From contig JAXLNO010004250.1 in NCBI GenBank assembly GCA_038087875.1, forward strand, positions 248,001 through 312,000: a stretch of 64,000 bases of DNA. The letters run 5' to 3'. Shown in pieces: positions 22,140 to 35,885 of the stretch. This DNA is from Malacoraja senta. Its lineage: Eukaryota. Under the pieces are notes generated by a model that was not told the origin of the DNA, searched no databases, and worked only from the letters and a program-made list of their open reading frames with translations. The first letter of the stretch is position 1. Every line of letters begins with the position of its first letter. The translations under genes and the position numbers were made by a program.

Positions 22140-23200
22140 AGATGAATGTCATTCCGCCCATCAAGTCTACTCCGCCATTCAATCATGGCTGATCTATCTC
22201 TCTCTCCCTAACCCCATTAGAGTCATAGAGTGACACAGTGTGGAAACAGGCCCTTTGGCCCAACTCGCCCACACTGGCCAACAATTTCCCCGCGGCACTA
22301 TTCCCACCTGCCTGCGCTTGGTCCATATCCCTCTAAACCTGTCCTATCCATGTACGTGTTAAACGATGGGGTAGTCCCAGCCTCAACAACCTCCTCTGGC
22401 AGCTTGTTTCATACACCCGGCACCCTTTGTGTGGAAACGTTGCCTCTCGGATTCCTATTAAATCTTTTCAATTAATTAAATCTATAAAATTTGATATCTA
22501 TTCAGCTATCTCTCCTTGGATCCCATGCGATCTAACCTTCCAGAGCAGCCTACCATGCAGAACCTTCTCGAACGCCTTATTGAAATCCATGTACACAACA
22601 TCTAGAGCTCTGCCTTCATCAACCTGCGTGGTCACGTCTTCAAAAAAGTCAACCAGATTTGTGAGACGTGCTCTCATGTACAAAACCGTGCTAACTGTCC
22701 CCAATCAGCCCTTGCCCATCCAAATGCTTGTATATCCTATCCCTCTACAGATGTTAAGCTCACCGGCCTATAGTTCCCAGCATTTTATCTGCAGCCCTTC
22801 TTGAAAAGAGGTACAACGTTTGCCATCCTCCAGTCTTCCGGCACCTCTCCTGATTTTATGGACGACTCGTAAATTACAATCAGGGCTCCCGCAATTTCCT
22901 CTCCAGTTTCCCACAATATCCTCGGATATATCAGATCATTCTCCTGCCTTCTTCCCATTACCCCTGACACCCGTACTAATCAAGAATCTCTGTCTGAAAA
23001 ATATCTATTGACTTGACCTCCAGAACCTTCTGTGGCAATGAATTCCACACATTCACCACCCTCTGCTTAAGAAATCCATCCTCAAACCCCTCCTAAATGA
23101 ATGTCCTTTAATTCTGAAGCTATGACCTCGAGTCGTAGACTCTCCCACTGGTGGAAACATCACAATACTCCAAATACGGCCAGACCTGCGCCTTATAGAG
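22140..23200 (-). mobile_element. Mosaic of CR1 fragments
   Basis: ORFs 22498-22704 (TNLVDFFEDVT...DVVYMDFNKAFEKVLH) and 22785-22970 (PEDWRMANVVPLFKKG) plus CR1 3' UTR pieces. Confidence 0.8.
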
Positions 23201-23368
23201 CCTCAGCATTACATTCCTGTTTTTGTATTCTAGCCCTCATGAAATAAATGCGATTGGTCTTTGTGCGTACAGAACGATGCAAACTTTACTAACATTAATT
23301 TTGTTTTCTATTTTTCTGTATTGATTCCTTAAATAATCGTGTTTTCACTGATTTGAATTGACACGCAG

Positions 23369-23716
23369 GTGAATTTGTCGTAATTGTACCGGGCAATGGT
23401 TTTGTAGCCACTGTAGGTTCAGATGTGGTGTTGGAATGTCAGCTTGTCCCAAATATATTGACCAGTAACATGGTCGTGCAGTGGAGGAAGTCAGGTCTCA
23501 CCTCGCCAGTCCTCGTGTACAGACAGCAACAAAATGAAGCCCTCGCTCAACACCAGGATTACAGAGCAAGGGCCGAACAGTTTAAAGATGAAGTTACCAA
23601 AGGGAACATTTTCCTCAGAATAAAGAATGTAAGAAGGTTTGATGAAGGGGAATATACATGTTCAGTTACAGAGGGAACCGAGTATGAAGCATCTCCAGCC
23701 CAACTGCGAGTTCGAG
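23369..23716 (+). CDS. Butyrophilin-like gene B, IgV exon (348 bp, phase 1-1)
   Basis: acacgcag acceptor, G|gtgagt donor; EFVVIVPGNGFVATVGSDVVLECQLVP...VQWRK...QDYRARAEQFKDEVTKGNIFLRIKNVRRFDEGEYTCSV...QLRVR; 348 bp is the typical BTN IgV exon size. Confidence 0.92.
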
Positions 23717-24054
23717 GTGAGTAAGTAAAATCATTGCTATTATTAACATTAAAGAAATGCGATTGTCTTTATAAATCGCTTCTCATGGTTTAAAGATAGA
23801 ATTGCTGTACCGTTGGCACAATATTCACAATATTTCAAGAGTCTTACACTTTCTCTGCTCCTAGGGGTGAGACAGTGAATTCCTCAGGATCAGGATATTG
23901 TATCCAGTGATAGTGGCTGGTTACACATGGAGTGCATGTGCAAAACACCGATTGTTGGACGATAAATGTAAAAATAACAGTTTGTTAAGGGCGTTCAATC
24001 AACAATGTTGATTTATAATTACATAATTACAAATGCTTTCAGAAAGCATTTGAT

Positions 24055-25216
24055 AATGTCCCACAGGAGATCAGTGGGCAAAATGTGGGCACATGGTATT
24101 GGCGGTAGAGTGCTCTACATGGATAGAAAATTGATTGGCAGACAGGAAACAAAGAGTAGGGATTAACGGGTCCCTTTCAGAATGGCAGGCAGCGACTAGT
24201 GGGGTACCGCAAGGCTCGGTGCTGGGACCGCAGCTATTTACAATATACATCAATGATTTTGATGAAGGGATTCAAGGTAACATTTGCAAATTTGCAGATG
24301 ACACAAAGCTGTGTGGTAGGGTGAACTGTGAGGAGGATGCTATGAGAATGCAGGGTGGCTTGGACAGGTTGGGTGAGTGGGCAAATGCATGGCAGATGCA
24401 GTTAATGTGGATAAATGAGAGGTTATCCACTTTGGTAGCAAAAACAGGAAGGCAGATTATTATCTAATGGTGTCAAGTTGGGAAAAGAGGAAGTACAAGC
24501 AGATCTGGGGGTCCTTGTTCATTAGTTAATGAAAGGAAGCATGCAGGCACAGCAGACAGTGAAGAAAGCGAATAAGAAGTTGGCCTTAATAAGAAGAGGA
24601 GTTGAGTAGAGGAGCAAAGAGGTCCTTCTGCAAGTGTATAGTGCCCTAGTGAGACCACACCTGGAGTATAGTGTGCAGTTTTGGTACCATTATTTGAGGA
24701 AAGACATTCCTGCTATTGAGGGAGTGCAGCGTAGGTTCACAAGGTTAATTCCCGGGATGGCAGGACTGTCATATGCTGAGAGAATAGAGCGGCTGGGCTT
24801 GTATACTCTGGAATTTAGAAGGTTGAGAGGGGATCTTATTGAAACATATAAGATTATTAAGGGTTTGGACACGCTAGAGGCAGGAAACATGTTCCCGATG
24901 TTGGGGGAGTCCAGAACCAGAGGCCACAGTTTAAGAATAAGGGGTAAGCTATTTAGAACAGAGATGAGGAGAAACTTTTTCACCCAGACAATTGTGAGTC
25001 TATGGAATTCTGTCTCAGAGGACGGTGGAGGCCGGTTCTCTGGATACTTTCAAGAGAGAGCTTGATAGGTCTCTGAAAGATAGCGGAGTCAAGGGATATG
25101 AGGAGAAGGCAGGAACGGGGTACTGATTGTGGATGATTAGCCATGATCACATTGAATGGCGATGCTGGCTCGAAGGGCCAAATGGCCTATTTCTGCACCT
25201 ATTGTCTATTGTCTAT
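24055..25216 (+). mobile_element. CR1 LINE, 5'-truncated
   Basis: ORFs 24135-24467 ([13 protein letters not shown]) and 24634-25065; (CTATTGT)n tail. Confidence 0.92.
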
Positions 25217-25350
25217 AATTAAGAACATGCTGTTGCAATGTTTATATTGAGAAGTAACTTGAGTAAATGGAGGGCAGCCATGGTAATGTGTTTCACCGGA
25301 GTTCCATCACAACTGTCCCAGAGTTTTTAATTGAGGGGAATGGAGAATGG

Positions 25351-27527
25351 ATTCAGATTCAACTTTATTGTCATTGTGCAGTGTACAGTACAGAGACAAC
25401 GAAATGCAGTTAGCATCTCCCTAGAAGAGCGACATAAATATGAGCAGTACATAAATCTAATAAATCCTGGTGGGAGGAGTGTCGGGGTGGTGGGGGGCGG
25501 GGGGCAGTGATTGGCAGTCACCAAGGTACAGTGTTGAATAGTGTAACAGCCGCAGGGAAGAAGCTGTTCCTGGACCTGCTGGTCCGGCAACGGAGAGACC
25601 TGTAGCGCCTCCCGGATGGTAGGAGGGTAAACAGTCTGTGGTTGGGGTGAGAGCAGTTCTTGGCGATGCTGAGCGCCCTTCGCAGACAACGCTTGCTTTG
25701 GACAGACTCAATGGAGGGGAGTGAGGAACCGGTGATGCGTTGGGCAATTTTCACCACCCTCTGCAGTGCTTTCCGGTCGGAGACAGAGCAGTTGCCATAC
25801 CATACTGTGATGCAGTTGGTAAGGATGCTCTCAATGGTGCAGCGGTAGAAGTTCACCAGAATCGGAGGAGACAGATACACCTTCTTTAGTCTCCTCAGGA
25901 AGAAGAGACGCTGGTGAGCCTTCTTGAACAGAGTTGAGGTATTGTGGGTCCAAGAAAGGTCATCGGAGATGTTGACCCCCAGGAACCTGAAGCTGGAAAC
26001 ACGTTCCACCTCCGTCCCGTTAATGTGGATGGGGGTGTGCGTGCTGCCCCTAGACTGCCTGAAGTCTACAATGAGCTCCTTGGTCTTCTTGGAGTTAAGG
26101 GCAAGGTTGTTGTCAGCACACCATGCTGCTAGGAGCTGGACCTCCTCCCTATAGGCCGACTCATCGTTGTTGCTGATGAGGCCAATCACCGTTGTATCAT
26201 CTGCATACTTGATGATGGTGTTAGTACCATGTACAGGTGTGCAGTCGTAGGTGAAGAGGAAGTAGAGGAGGGGGCTCAGCACACAGCCCTGTGGAACACC
26301 GGTGTTCAGGATGAGGGTTGAAGAGGTGTGCTTGTCTAACCTAACAGACTGGGGTCTGTTGGTTAGAAAGTCCAGTATCCAGTGGCAGAGGGAGGGGTCG
26401 ATGCCCAGGTCACCGAGTTTGGTGATCAGTTTAGAGGGTATGATGGTGTTGAATGCTGAGCTGTAATCGAGGAACAGCATTCTTACGTAAGTGTCTCTGT
26501 TGTCGAGGTGGGAGAGGGCGGAGTGAAGTGCCGTTGAGATGGCATCCTCCGTACTCCTGTTCTTGCGGTAGGCAAACTGATAGGGATCCAATGTGGGGGG
26601 TATGCAGCCTTTGAGGTGTGCCAGGACCAGCCTCTCGAAGCACTTGGTGATGGTGTGAGTAAGTGCAACTGGGCGGAAGTCGTTGAGGCTTGCCGCAGTG
26701 GAGTGTTTTGGCACTGGCACCATGGAGGTGGTTTTAAGGCACGTGGGCACAACTGCTTGGGCAAGTGACAGGTTGAAGATGTCAGTCCAGACGTCTGTCA
26801 GCTGCGCAGCACAGGCCCTGAGGACGCGCCCGGGGATGCCATCAGGGCCAGCAGCCTTACGTGCATTAGTCCTACTCAGTGCCACGTACAAGTCGTAGGG
26901 GGTGAGTGTGAGGGGCTGGCGATCGGATGGGAGCACCGCCTTGATGGCCATCTCTAGATTGTCCCTGTCAAAGCGGCCATAGAAGTGGTTAAGCTCCTCA
27001 AGGAAGGAGGCGTTGCTGGATGTGGTGTTGGTGGGTCTAAAGTCTGTGATGGCCTGGATGCCTTGCCACATGCGTCGGGGGTCGGAGTTGTTGTTGAAGT
27101 GCTCCTCAATCCTGAGCTTATGGCAGCTTGGCCTTCTTGACTGACCTGAAAGCGGTGTCCCATGCTAACTGTTCATCCATGGCTTCTGATTCGGGAATAT
27201 GGTCACCCGTTTGAGGGAGGTGACACTGTTGATGGTGGAGTTTATAAAGTCCAGAACAGAGGATGTATAGGAGTCAATGTCCGTGTGTGAGTCAAGGGTG
27301 GCCTGGGCTGCAAACGCCTTCCAGTCAGTGTTTCCAAAACACTGCTGAAGTGTGGAGTCCGCCTCCTCTGACCAGACTTTAACAGTCCTCACAGTCGGTT
27401 TAACCCGTCTGATGAGTGGGGAGTACTTTGGGAGCAGGAACAATGAGAGGTGATCAGACTGTCCAAGGTGGGGGAGGGGGACGGCTTTGTAAGCTTCAGC
27501 CATGTTAGTGTAGACTTTGTCCAGTGT
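25351..27527 (-). mobile_element. Rex1/Babar LINE, 5'-truncated, with 517-aa RT ORF
   Basis: ORF 25518-27071 ([36 protein letters not shown]) and upstream EN/linker ORF 27165-27548; close to the 19340-20465 copy. Confidence 0.95.
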
Positions 27528-28079
27528 CATGTTGGGAAGCCTCATCACAGTTGTACAGGACGTTGGTGAGACCTCACTTGGGGCACAGTGTACAGCCTCA
27601 TCACAGTTGTACAGGACGCTGGTGAGACCTCACATGGGGCACAGTGTACAGTCTTTGTCTGCCTACTGAAGGAAACGTGTACTCGCCATGGAGTTAGCAC
27701 GATGAATATCCCCTCGGTTGATTCCTGGGTGAAGGAGTCGTCTTGTGAGGAGGTTTACTGGTGTTGCTTGGGAGGGATTAATCCTGCGTGACAGGGGGTG
27801 GGGAGTGAACAACAGATCAGCAAGAGGAGGGATTGAGAGAAATATGGAGGTTGGGTGAAGTAAGTCTGGAACTAAGGTCGGGCAGGGCCAAGTTAATGAA
27901 CACGGTGGGGCTGAAATGCTGGTTTATTTATTTTGTTAAAGGCATATTATAGTAAGGCAGATGAACTTGGTGCATGAACCATAAGATTGTGGCCATGACA
28001 GAAACTTGTTCAAGACTTGGTGGAGAAAAGGGCAGGACTGCAATTCATCATTCCAGGTTTCAGATTTTCAGACATGATA

Positions 28080-28560
28080 GAGAGAGATGTAAAAGAGGCT
28101 GTGTGTTTCATTACTGATCAGGAAGAATGTCACTGAATTTCTTAATGAGGACATCCTGGAGGGTTCGTCTACTGAGGCAATATGGGAGAAAGTCAGGAAT
28201 AAGAAACGTGCAGTAGGATGATGAGGTTACAGCGTAGGAGTCGTTAAAGACAGGTATGTGGGTAGATTGTGGAAATATGTAAAAACAACAGATTGGTTGT
28301 AGAGGATTAATTTCCCCAATATTCACCGTGAGTGCCCTAGGGGCAAGGGTTTAGATGTGGCAGCATTTGACTGCATCCAGGAGGGTTTTCTGACACATTA
28401 TGCAGTTAATCTAACCCTGGATTGGACTATACTGGACATTGATTTGGGAAATGAGCGCAGCCAGGTGGAGTTTCAAAGGGAGAGCATGTTGACAACAGTG
28501 ATCACAATTCAATAAATGTTCAGCAAGTTGTGGAAGTGATAAGACTGGACCTCGATAATG
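28080..28560 (+). mobile_element. Old CR1 endonuclease-region fragment
   Basis: Degenerate gaggcaatatgggagaaagtcaggaataagaaa...ctggattggactatactgg...gtgatcacaattc motifs. Confidence 0.5.
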
Positions 28561-28607
28561 CTTAATTAGGAAAAGGCAATTTTCAACAGTAACAGGCTGG
28601 ACACAAA

Positions 28608-28805
28608 ATGTTGGAGTAACTCAGCGGGTCAGGCAGCATCTCTGGAGAGAAGGAATGGGTGACGTTTCACAGAGTGCTGGAGTAACTCAGCGGGTCAGGC
28701 AGTATCTCTGGAGAGAAGGAATGGGTGACGTTTCACAGAGTGCTAGAGTAACTCAGCGGGTCAGGCAGCATCTCTGGAGAGAAGGAATGGGTGACCCTTC
28801 TTCAG
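28608..28805 (-). repeat. Tandem triplication of a Penelope-SINE end segment (66-bp unit)
   Basis: gctggagtaactcagcgggtcaggcagcatctctggagagaaggaatgggtgacgtttcacaga repeated about 3 times. Confidence 0.85.
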
Positions 28806-29545
28806 TATCAGGCTGGAGTTGTGGAGAGTAGATTTCGAGAAGTCAATATCAGACTAATGAAGGTTGTTAAAGACCAGTAATCAGAATGCAGGAGCAACAT
28901 GTTATTGTGAGGAAGAAAGACAACGATGGATACATCTGAGAACTTGGATGACAAGACATGTTGCAAATTTGGTCAAATGGGAAATAAAGGAAGCATATGA
29001 AATGTTCAGGTCATCCCAAAGCTTCCTTGGCTCCTTGAGAATCTTTTCTGAACCCCTTTCAGCTTGAGGGCAGTCTTCCTCTGGTCAGGTGAGCAGAACT
29101 ATGGACAGTTTTCCATGTGATGCCTTGTACAGTTGGACCACAACATCCCGACTCTTGTCCTCAATGCCCTGACCGATGGAGGCAAGCATGACAAACACCT
29201 TCTTCACACTTTGTCGCTTGTTGTTGCTACTTCCAGTTAGCCATATACTCGGACCCCTTGATATCTCCGTTCCACCACACTCTCCAGGGCCCAGCCATTT
29301 ACTGTGTAACCCCCACCCTGGCTTAATTTACCAGGATGCTGAAAACATTCAGCAGGTCAGGCAGCATCTGGGGAGAGAGAAGCAGAGTTGACATTTCTGC
29401 TCAATGACTTTCCATTGGAACTAGAAATAATTAGAAATTGTGTAAGTATTGTTGCAAGAGGTTTGAGTACTTGAACAAAATGCTGTTTGGTCCAAGTTGC
29501 TATTCTTCCTGACTATTGTTATTTCTATATCTGTCAATGTTGCAG

Positions 29546-29827
29546 CTTTGGGGAGTTTGATCCGGATTCGGTTGCAGGGATACCAGGGAGATGGAATCCA
29601 GCTCGTGTGTAAGTCCGGTGGATGGTATCCTGGACCAGAGATGCTGTGGTTCGGTGAGGATGGACAGGTTTTACCACAAGCTGAAACAATGTACCATATA
29701 GATACGGAGGGTCTGTTAAATGTGGAGAGCAACGTGACAGTAATGAGGCGATCAACAAACAAGTTCAAGTGTGTTGTTCAATACACATGGTTAAACATAC
29801 AACGTGAGACAATTGTTAAAATATCAG
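29546..29827 (+). CDS. Butyrophilin-like gene B, IgC exon (282 bp, phase 1-1)
   Basis: tgttgcag acceptor, G|gtttgt donor; ALGSLIRIRLQGYQGDGIQLVCKSGGWYPGPEMLWFGEDG...NVESNVTV...FKCVVQ...ETIVKIS carries the BTN IgC motif CxSxGWYPxPxxxW. Confidence 0.92.
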
Positions 29828-30407
29828 GTTTGTAAATGTTTCTGTTTGATCATTGAAGTATAAAGGTGATTTACATTCCATTAAAACCCCGACTGCCCAG
29901 AATGCTCACTGAGGTGCTCACATGTTTCTCAGTGATACTTTATCCACATCTCACTTCTGTGGGGAAATGATCACTGATTTTTAAAGACGGTTTACTATAT
30001 GCTCCGATCCTGTTGCTTTGCTGCCTTTTAAATCTGTAACTGCATGAAAGGCCAACTGAGTCCACAACTTCTCCAACCAGGTTGGGCATTTGCACAAATA
30101 CTTTCAAATCCCTGACGCTCTTCTAAAGAGTCTTAAATGGACAAACCATGAGCACTCCCAGAGCATTGGCACGCACGGCCCTGTCACATTGACCACATGG
30201 GAACTATTGACACCACTAGGACTGGGATGAAGGTTCTACTGAAGGAGACGTCATGGTCCGATTACAAAGCAGAACCGTGAAAGAAACGGTGTGTGGATGA
30301 CTACCCGAGACCTGTGTAAATTGGCACCGGGCGAATGAGGTCATGTAGTTACCATATGTGTCCACAATCATTGTGGGAGAAATGAGTTCCAATTCCTGAG
30401 GTGGAAG

Positions 30408-31327
30408 TCAATAGAAAATAGGTGCAGGAGTAGGTCATTCAGCCCTTCAAGCCAGCACCACAATTCAATGTGATCATGGCTGATCATACCCAATCAGTAC
30501 CCCGTTCCTGCCTTCTCACCAAATCCCCTGACTCAGCTATTTTTGAGCCCTATCTTGAAAGCATCCAGAGAACCTGCCTCCACCGCCCTCTGAGGCAGAG
30601 AATTCCACAGACTCACCACTCTCTGTGATAAAAAGTGTTTCCTCGTCTCCGTTCTAAAAGGCTTACTCCTTATTCTTAAACTGTGGCCCCTGGTTCTGCA
30701 CTCCCCCAACATCGGGAACATGTTTCCTGCCTCTTGTGTGTCCAAGCCCTTAACAATCTTATATGTTTTAATGAGATATCCTCTCATCCTTCTAAACTCC
30801 AGAGTGTACAAGCCCAGCTGCTCCATTCTCTCAGCATATGACAGTCCCGCCATCCCGGGAATTAACCTTGTAAACCTACGCTGCACTCACTCAATAGCAA
30901 GAATGTCCTTCCTCAAATTAGGGGACCAAAACTGCACACAATACACCAGGTGTGGTCTCACTAGGGCTCTGTACAACAGAAGAAAGACCCCTTTGTTGCT
31001 ATATTCGATCCCTCTTGTTTTAAAGGTCAACATGCCATTCGCTTTCTTCATTGCCTGCTGTACCTGCATGCGAACTTTCATAGACTGATGTACAAGGACC
31101 CCCCCAGATCCCGTTGTACTTCCCCTTTTCCCAATTTGACGCCATTTAGATAGTAATCAGCCTTCCTGTTTTTGCTACCAAAGTGGATAACCACATTTAT
31201 CCGCATTAAACATCATCTGCCCACTCCCCGAACCTGTCCAAGTCACCCTGAATTCTCATAGCATCCTCCTCACAGTTCACACTGCCACCCAGCTTTGTGT
31301 CATCTGCAAATTTGCTGATGTAACTTT
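30408..31327 (-). mobile_element. CR1 LINE, 3' part (split by L1 insertion)
   Basis: ORFs 30533-30886 and 30887-31081 are the CR1 C-terminus; continues at 33465. Confidence 0.9.
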
Positions 31328-33464
31328 TTTTTTTTTTTTTGAAAATATTTTTTATTGGAGATAAGTACACAACCTATTAACATCATTACAGTCTTACATT
31401 TTTGAATTGATAATATTGTCAATTATTATTACATTGTCTCCAATACCTTTTGCCTTTTTTTTTTTTAAACTAGATAGAACTAAAAAGATAGATGAAGTAA
31501 AGAAAGAAAAGAGAGAGAAGAAAAAAAAAAAAAAAAAAAAGAGAAAGATAGTTAAAGAAGAATGGAAAAATTTATTAAAATAAAAAACTTAATTCGAGAT
31601 ATATTCGTACATTTCAGAGTATAGCATTTCATCCATTCTTTAGCCCGAGTGTTAGTCAGGTTCCTGTGCTGAACCATTCTGACCCTTTAAATAATCAATA
31701 AAGGGAGACCATGTTCCAACGAATAATTCCTGTTTGTCCAACAGGGAAAATCTGATTCTTTCCACGTTTAAGGTCTCCGTCATTTCTATAATCCACATTT
31801 TGATTGTGGGGGTTATAGGGCCTTTCCAAAATTTTAGAATTAATTTTTTTCCTGTTATTATACTATAATCAATAAAGTTTCTTTGTGTTGTTGTAAATGT
31901 TTGATTTAATTCTAATGTTCCGAGTATTATTAATTTTGGATCCGGGTCCAATTGTGTGCTGGTCACTTTAGATATACTAAAAATATTTACCCAGAATTTT
32001 TTAATTTTTATACAGTTTGCAAACATATGAAATAAGTTAGCTTCTAAATGTTGACATTTATCACATATAGGTGAGATATGTTGAAAGATTTTATGTAATT
32101 TTGTTTTTGAATAATGTAACCTATGTATTACTTTAAATTGTATTAAAGAATGTCTGGCATTTAATGAACATTGATGTATGTGTTGTAAACTTTCTTCCCA
32201 AGTATCTTTCATTATTATTTGATTTAATTCTTTTTCCCATGTTTGTCTGTGTAAGTCCGTCGATGGAATGTCACTGTCTAATAAGATATTATATATGTAA
32301 GATATTAATTTTTCTGTATTAGGATGTTTATTCCAACATTCGTCAAGAATTTCTGAATTTCTAATTCGAAAATTTTGAGTATTCGATTTTACATAATCTC
32401 TGAGTTGAAGATATCTGAAATAATCATTTCCTCGGAGTCCATAAGTCTGTTGCAACTCCTGAAATGTCAGAAAAGTGCCTTCCTTGTAAAGTTGTCCCAT
32501 ATTTTTAATTCCATAATTCTTCCATTGTGTAAAACCCCTGTCCAACCATGAGGGCTTAAACAAAGGGTTATTCACAATTGGAAGAAAAAGTGATAAATTA
32601 TCTAATTTTAATGTATTTTTTAATTGTTTCCAAATTCGTATAGCACTAAATATAGGGTTTTCCCTATAAATTTTTTTGTTTAATTTAGACGTAGCAAATA
32701 ATATCGAGCCGATATCAAAAGGTAAACAATCTTCCTTTTCCATTTTTAACCAATCTGGTTGTTGATCTATTTCTTCCAACCAGAAATTCATATTTTTAAT
32801 ATTAACTGCCCAAAAATAAAACAGAAAGTTGGGTAAAACCAAGCCTCCATTTATTTTTGATTTACACAAATGTCTTTTGTTTATCCTATGATTCTTATAA
32901 TCCCAGATAAAATCATTAATAATGGAATCCAATTTAAAAAAAAAGTTTTTTGACAAATATATCGGAATTGTCTGAAAAAGGTATAATATTTGCGGTAAAA
33001 AAAATCATTTTTATGGCATTAATTTTGGCAACCATTGAGATAGGAAGTGTTTTCCAGTATTGAATATTCTTACGTAGTTTGTTCAGTAATGGGGGAAAAT
33101 TTGCTTTAAATAATGATGTATATATCTTAGTTACATTAATACCTAGGTATTTAAATTTTTCATTTACTATTTTAAATGGAAATTGTTGTATTATCTGTTT
33201 GTTATGTTCCCTTATTGGCATAATTTCACTTTTATTCCAATTTATTCTGTATCCTGAGAGTGAACCAAATTGGGTTATTAGCTTTAATAAGTTTGGAATA
33301 CTAATTTCTGGTTTTGTAATGTAAATTAGTACATCATCAGCGTATAGAGAAATTTTATTCACTGTGTCCTTTGTGATATACCCATGTATTTCCGGATGAC
33401 CCCTAACTCTTTCTGCGAGTGGCTCAATAGCAAGCGCAAATAATAATGGAGATAACGGGCATCC
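31328..33464 (-). mobile_element. Second L1-clade LINE (different subfamily), 5'-truncated, with 15-bp TSD
   Basis: GCPLSPLLFALAIEPLAER...YADD (ORF 32934-33500) and ORF 31652-32956 with CDKC...HMFANC; poly(A) tail; TSD tgctgatgtaacttt (31313-31327) versus tgctaatgttacttt (33465-33479). Confidence 0.93.
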
Positions 33465-34010
33465 TGCTAATGTTACTTTGAATCCCTTCATCCAAATCAT
33501 TGATATATATTGTAAATAGCTGCGGTCCCATCACCGAGCCTTACGGTACCCCACTAGTCACTGCCTGCCATTCTGAAAGGGACCCATTAATCCCTACTCT
33601 TTGTTTCCTGTCTGCCAACCACTTCTCTATCCATGTCAGCACTCTACCCCCAATACCATGTGCCCTAATTTTGCCCACTAATCTTCTGAAAGTCCAGGTA
33701 CACTACTTCCACTGGCTCTCCCTTGTCCATTTTCCTAGTTACATCTTCAAAAATTCCAGAAGATTAGTCAAGCATGATTTCCCCTTCGTAAATCCATGCC
33801 GACTCGGACCGATCCTGTTACTGCTATCCAAATGTGCGGCTATCTCATCTTTTATAATTGACTCCAGCATCTTCCCCACCACCGATGTCAGGCTAACTGG
33901 TCCATAATTCCCTGTTTTCTCTCTCCCGCCTTTCTTAAAAAGTGGGATAACATTAGCTACCCTCCAATCTACAGGAACTGATCCTGAGTCTATAGAACAT
34001 TGTTAAATTA
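33465..34010 (-). mobile_element. CR1 LINE, 5' continuation
   Basis: ORF 33500-33907 on the opposite strand corresponds to CR1 RT (NYRPVSLTS...[14 protein letters not shown]). Confidence 0.88.
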
Positions 34011-34960
34011 TCTCCTCTCCCAGTGGAGGGGAGAGAGGAATTAGCTCCATTGGGTTGGGCTTCACTTGAATCACCCTGAGACCAGTGTCGGAGTGAATCA
34101 CATGACAGAGAATGTAGATGAAGCTTTGATCTGAATAGTTGTGGGGATGCGGTTTAAACAGAAGCGTTTACCTCCAACGTTGTCTTTTCACGACTAGTCC
34201 AAATTGAAGGCTCTCTGTCTAAGTCTACCAGGGTAACCCATGAATATCTAATTGCCCGTCACTTTAAACATCCATGCTCTGCCCGCTTAGAGAGCGAGGT
34301 TCCACATGTGCATGTCGGGATGCACCACATTGTAAACCACTGCTGCCATCCCATCGAAGGGAAGACCAACAATCTGTGGCGTTGTCCGGCATGGACCATA
34401 TTGGGGCAACATCTAGAACAAGTGGTTGGTTCGTTGCAACCATCCTGAAAACCCGTCCCAGCCTTTTTCTTAGATTAAATGTAATTTTGTTGCTCAGTGC
34501 CAGCGTTGGAACTCGTGCCTTTTCTCAGGCAGCTACAACCTAAACATCAGTGGCAGGGGAGAAGCCAACATTAGCTCCAACAGGCCTTTAGCAAACCCAA
34601 GCGCTGCCATTCCTGGATCTTCCAGTAAACCCTTACAAATTTCACGGCAGGATATATACCAATAAACATAGAGAGAGAGGGACAGTTAGATACCTGTTTA
34701 CATATCAGTATATATATACAGACACAAAATGCTGGAGTAACGCAGCGGGCGAGGCAGTATCTCTGGCTAGAAGGAATGGGCGACGTTTCGAGTCGAGACC
34801 CTCCTTCAGACTTCGGTCTGTTCTGAAGAGTTACTCCAGCATTTTCTGTCTCCCTTCAATCTAAACCAGCACCTGCAGTTATATATATATATATATGCTG
34901 ATACAGTATATATAGTGAGTTAAATACTGACATGTATACTGATATATACTGATATATATG

Positions 34961-35220
34961 NNNNNNNNNNNNNNNNNNNNNNNNNNNNNNNNNNNNNNNN
35001 NNNNNNNNNNNNNNNNNNNNNNNNNNNNNNNNNNNNNNNNNNNNNNNNNNNNNNNNNNNNNNNNNNNNNNNNNNNNNNNNNNNNNNNNNNNNNNNNNNNN
35101 NNNNNNNNNNNNNNNNNNNNNNNNNNNNNNNNNNNNNNNNNNNNNNNNNNNNNNNNNNNNNNNNNNNNNNNNNNNNNNNNNNNNNNNNNNNNNNNNNNNN
35201 NNNNNNNNNNNNNNNNNNNN
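34961..35220. other. N-run (260 nt) ending 13 nt upstream of the TM exon
   Basis: Directly visible; flanked by TA-rich microsatellite. Other N-runs: 38251-38393, 50364-50546, 56808-56939, 58129-58328. Confidence 1.
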
Positions 35221-35233
35221 CTTCACTCTGCAG

Positions 35234-35353
35234 ATTATATCTTCCCTAGAGTTCTTGACTGGGTCCTGCCGCTGGTCCTCACCATTTGTCTTCTTGTTGC
35301 CGCCCACTGTGCTGTGTTTTATTGGAACGTGAAACAAAACAGACGCATTAAAG
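35234..35353 (+). CDS. Butyrophilin-like gene B, transmembrane exon (120 bp, phase 1-1)
   Basis: ctctgcag acceptor, AAG|gtacgt donor; DYIFPRVLDWVLPLVLTICLLVAAHCAVFYWNVKQNRRIK is a BTN-like juxtamembrane segment (S-D-xx-FPR-xxxW), a hydrophobic span and a basic stop-transfer; in frame with the IgC exon. Confidence 0.88.
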
Positions 35354-35424
35354 GTACGTTAAACAACAGCGGAAGATGCAGGTCAGGAAATCCGGGCGGG
35401 ATTCTCCCAGATTCCCACTGTAAC

Positions 35425-35885
35425 TTCAGAATCAGAATGCTGTTTATTGTCATTTATACAAAGTTTCAAACAAAATTACGTTCTTGCAGACATAACAACA
35501 AAAATACAACAACACACAATTAACACAATTCCACATAAACATCCATCACAGTGAATCCCCAAACACTTCCTCACTGTGATGGAAGGCAAAAGTCCTTATC
35601 TCTTCCCTGTTCTCTGTTCTTATTCTTCTCCCGCAGTCAAACAGTCAAACTGCTGCATCGAGCTGATCGAGGCTCTACATGTTAGATGTTAGAGCCCCCG
35701 GCGGGCGATGGTAAGTCCCGCAGCCGTTTAAGCCGCGCCGGGCGATGTAAGGCCCGCTCCGGGTCGATTTAAACCCCTCGATTCGGGCAGGCGAAATTTG
35801 CCGTTGCGGGAGCTCCGAAAAGCGGTCTCCCACCAGGGACCTGCGAGCTCCCGATGTTACCGTCCACAGGGCCTGCAGCCGGAAA
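35425..35885 (-). mobile_element. Fragment of the same non-autonomous LINE-tail family as 1862-2824
   Basis: Shared aacatcca(c/t)cacagtga...cctcactgtgatgga(a)ggcaaa segment and tttattgtcatt tail. Confidence 0.6.

Noticed and set aside
34879-35337. ORFs spanning N-runs (also 38037-38511, 50305-50772, 56626-57363, 58020-58507)
   Set aside because: They are artefacts of translating N as X.
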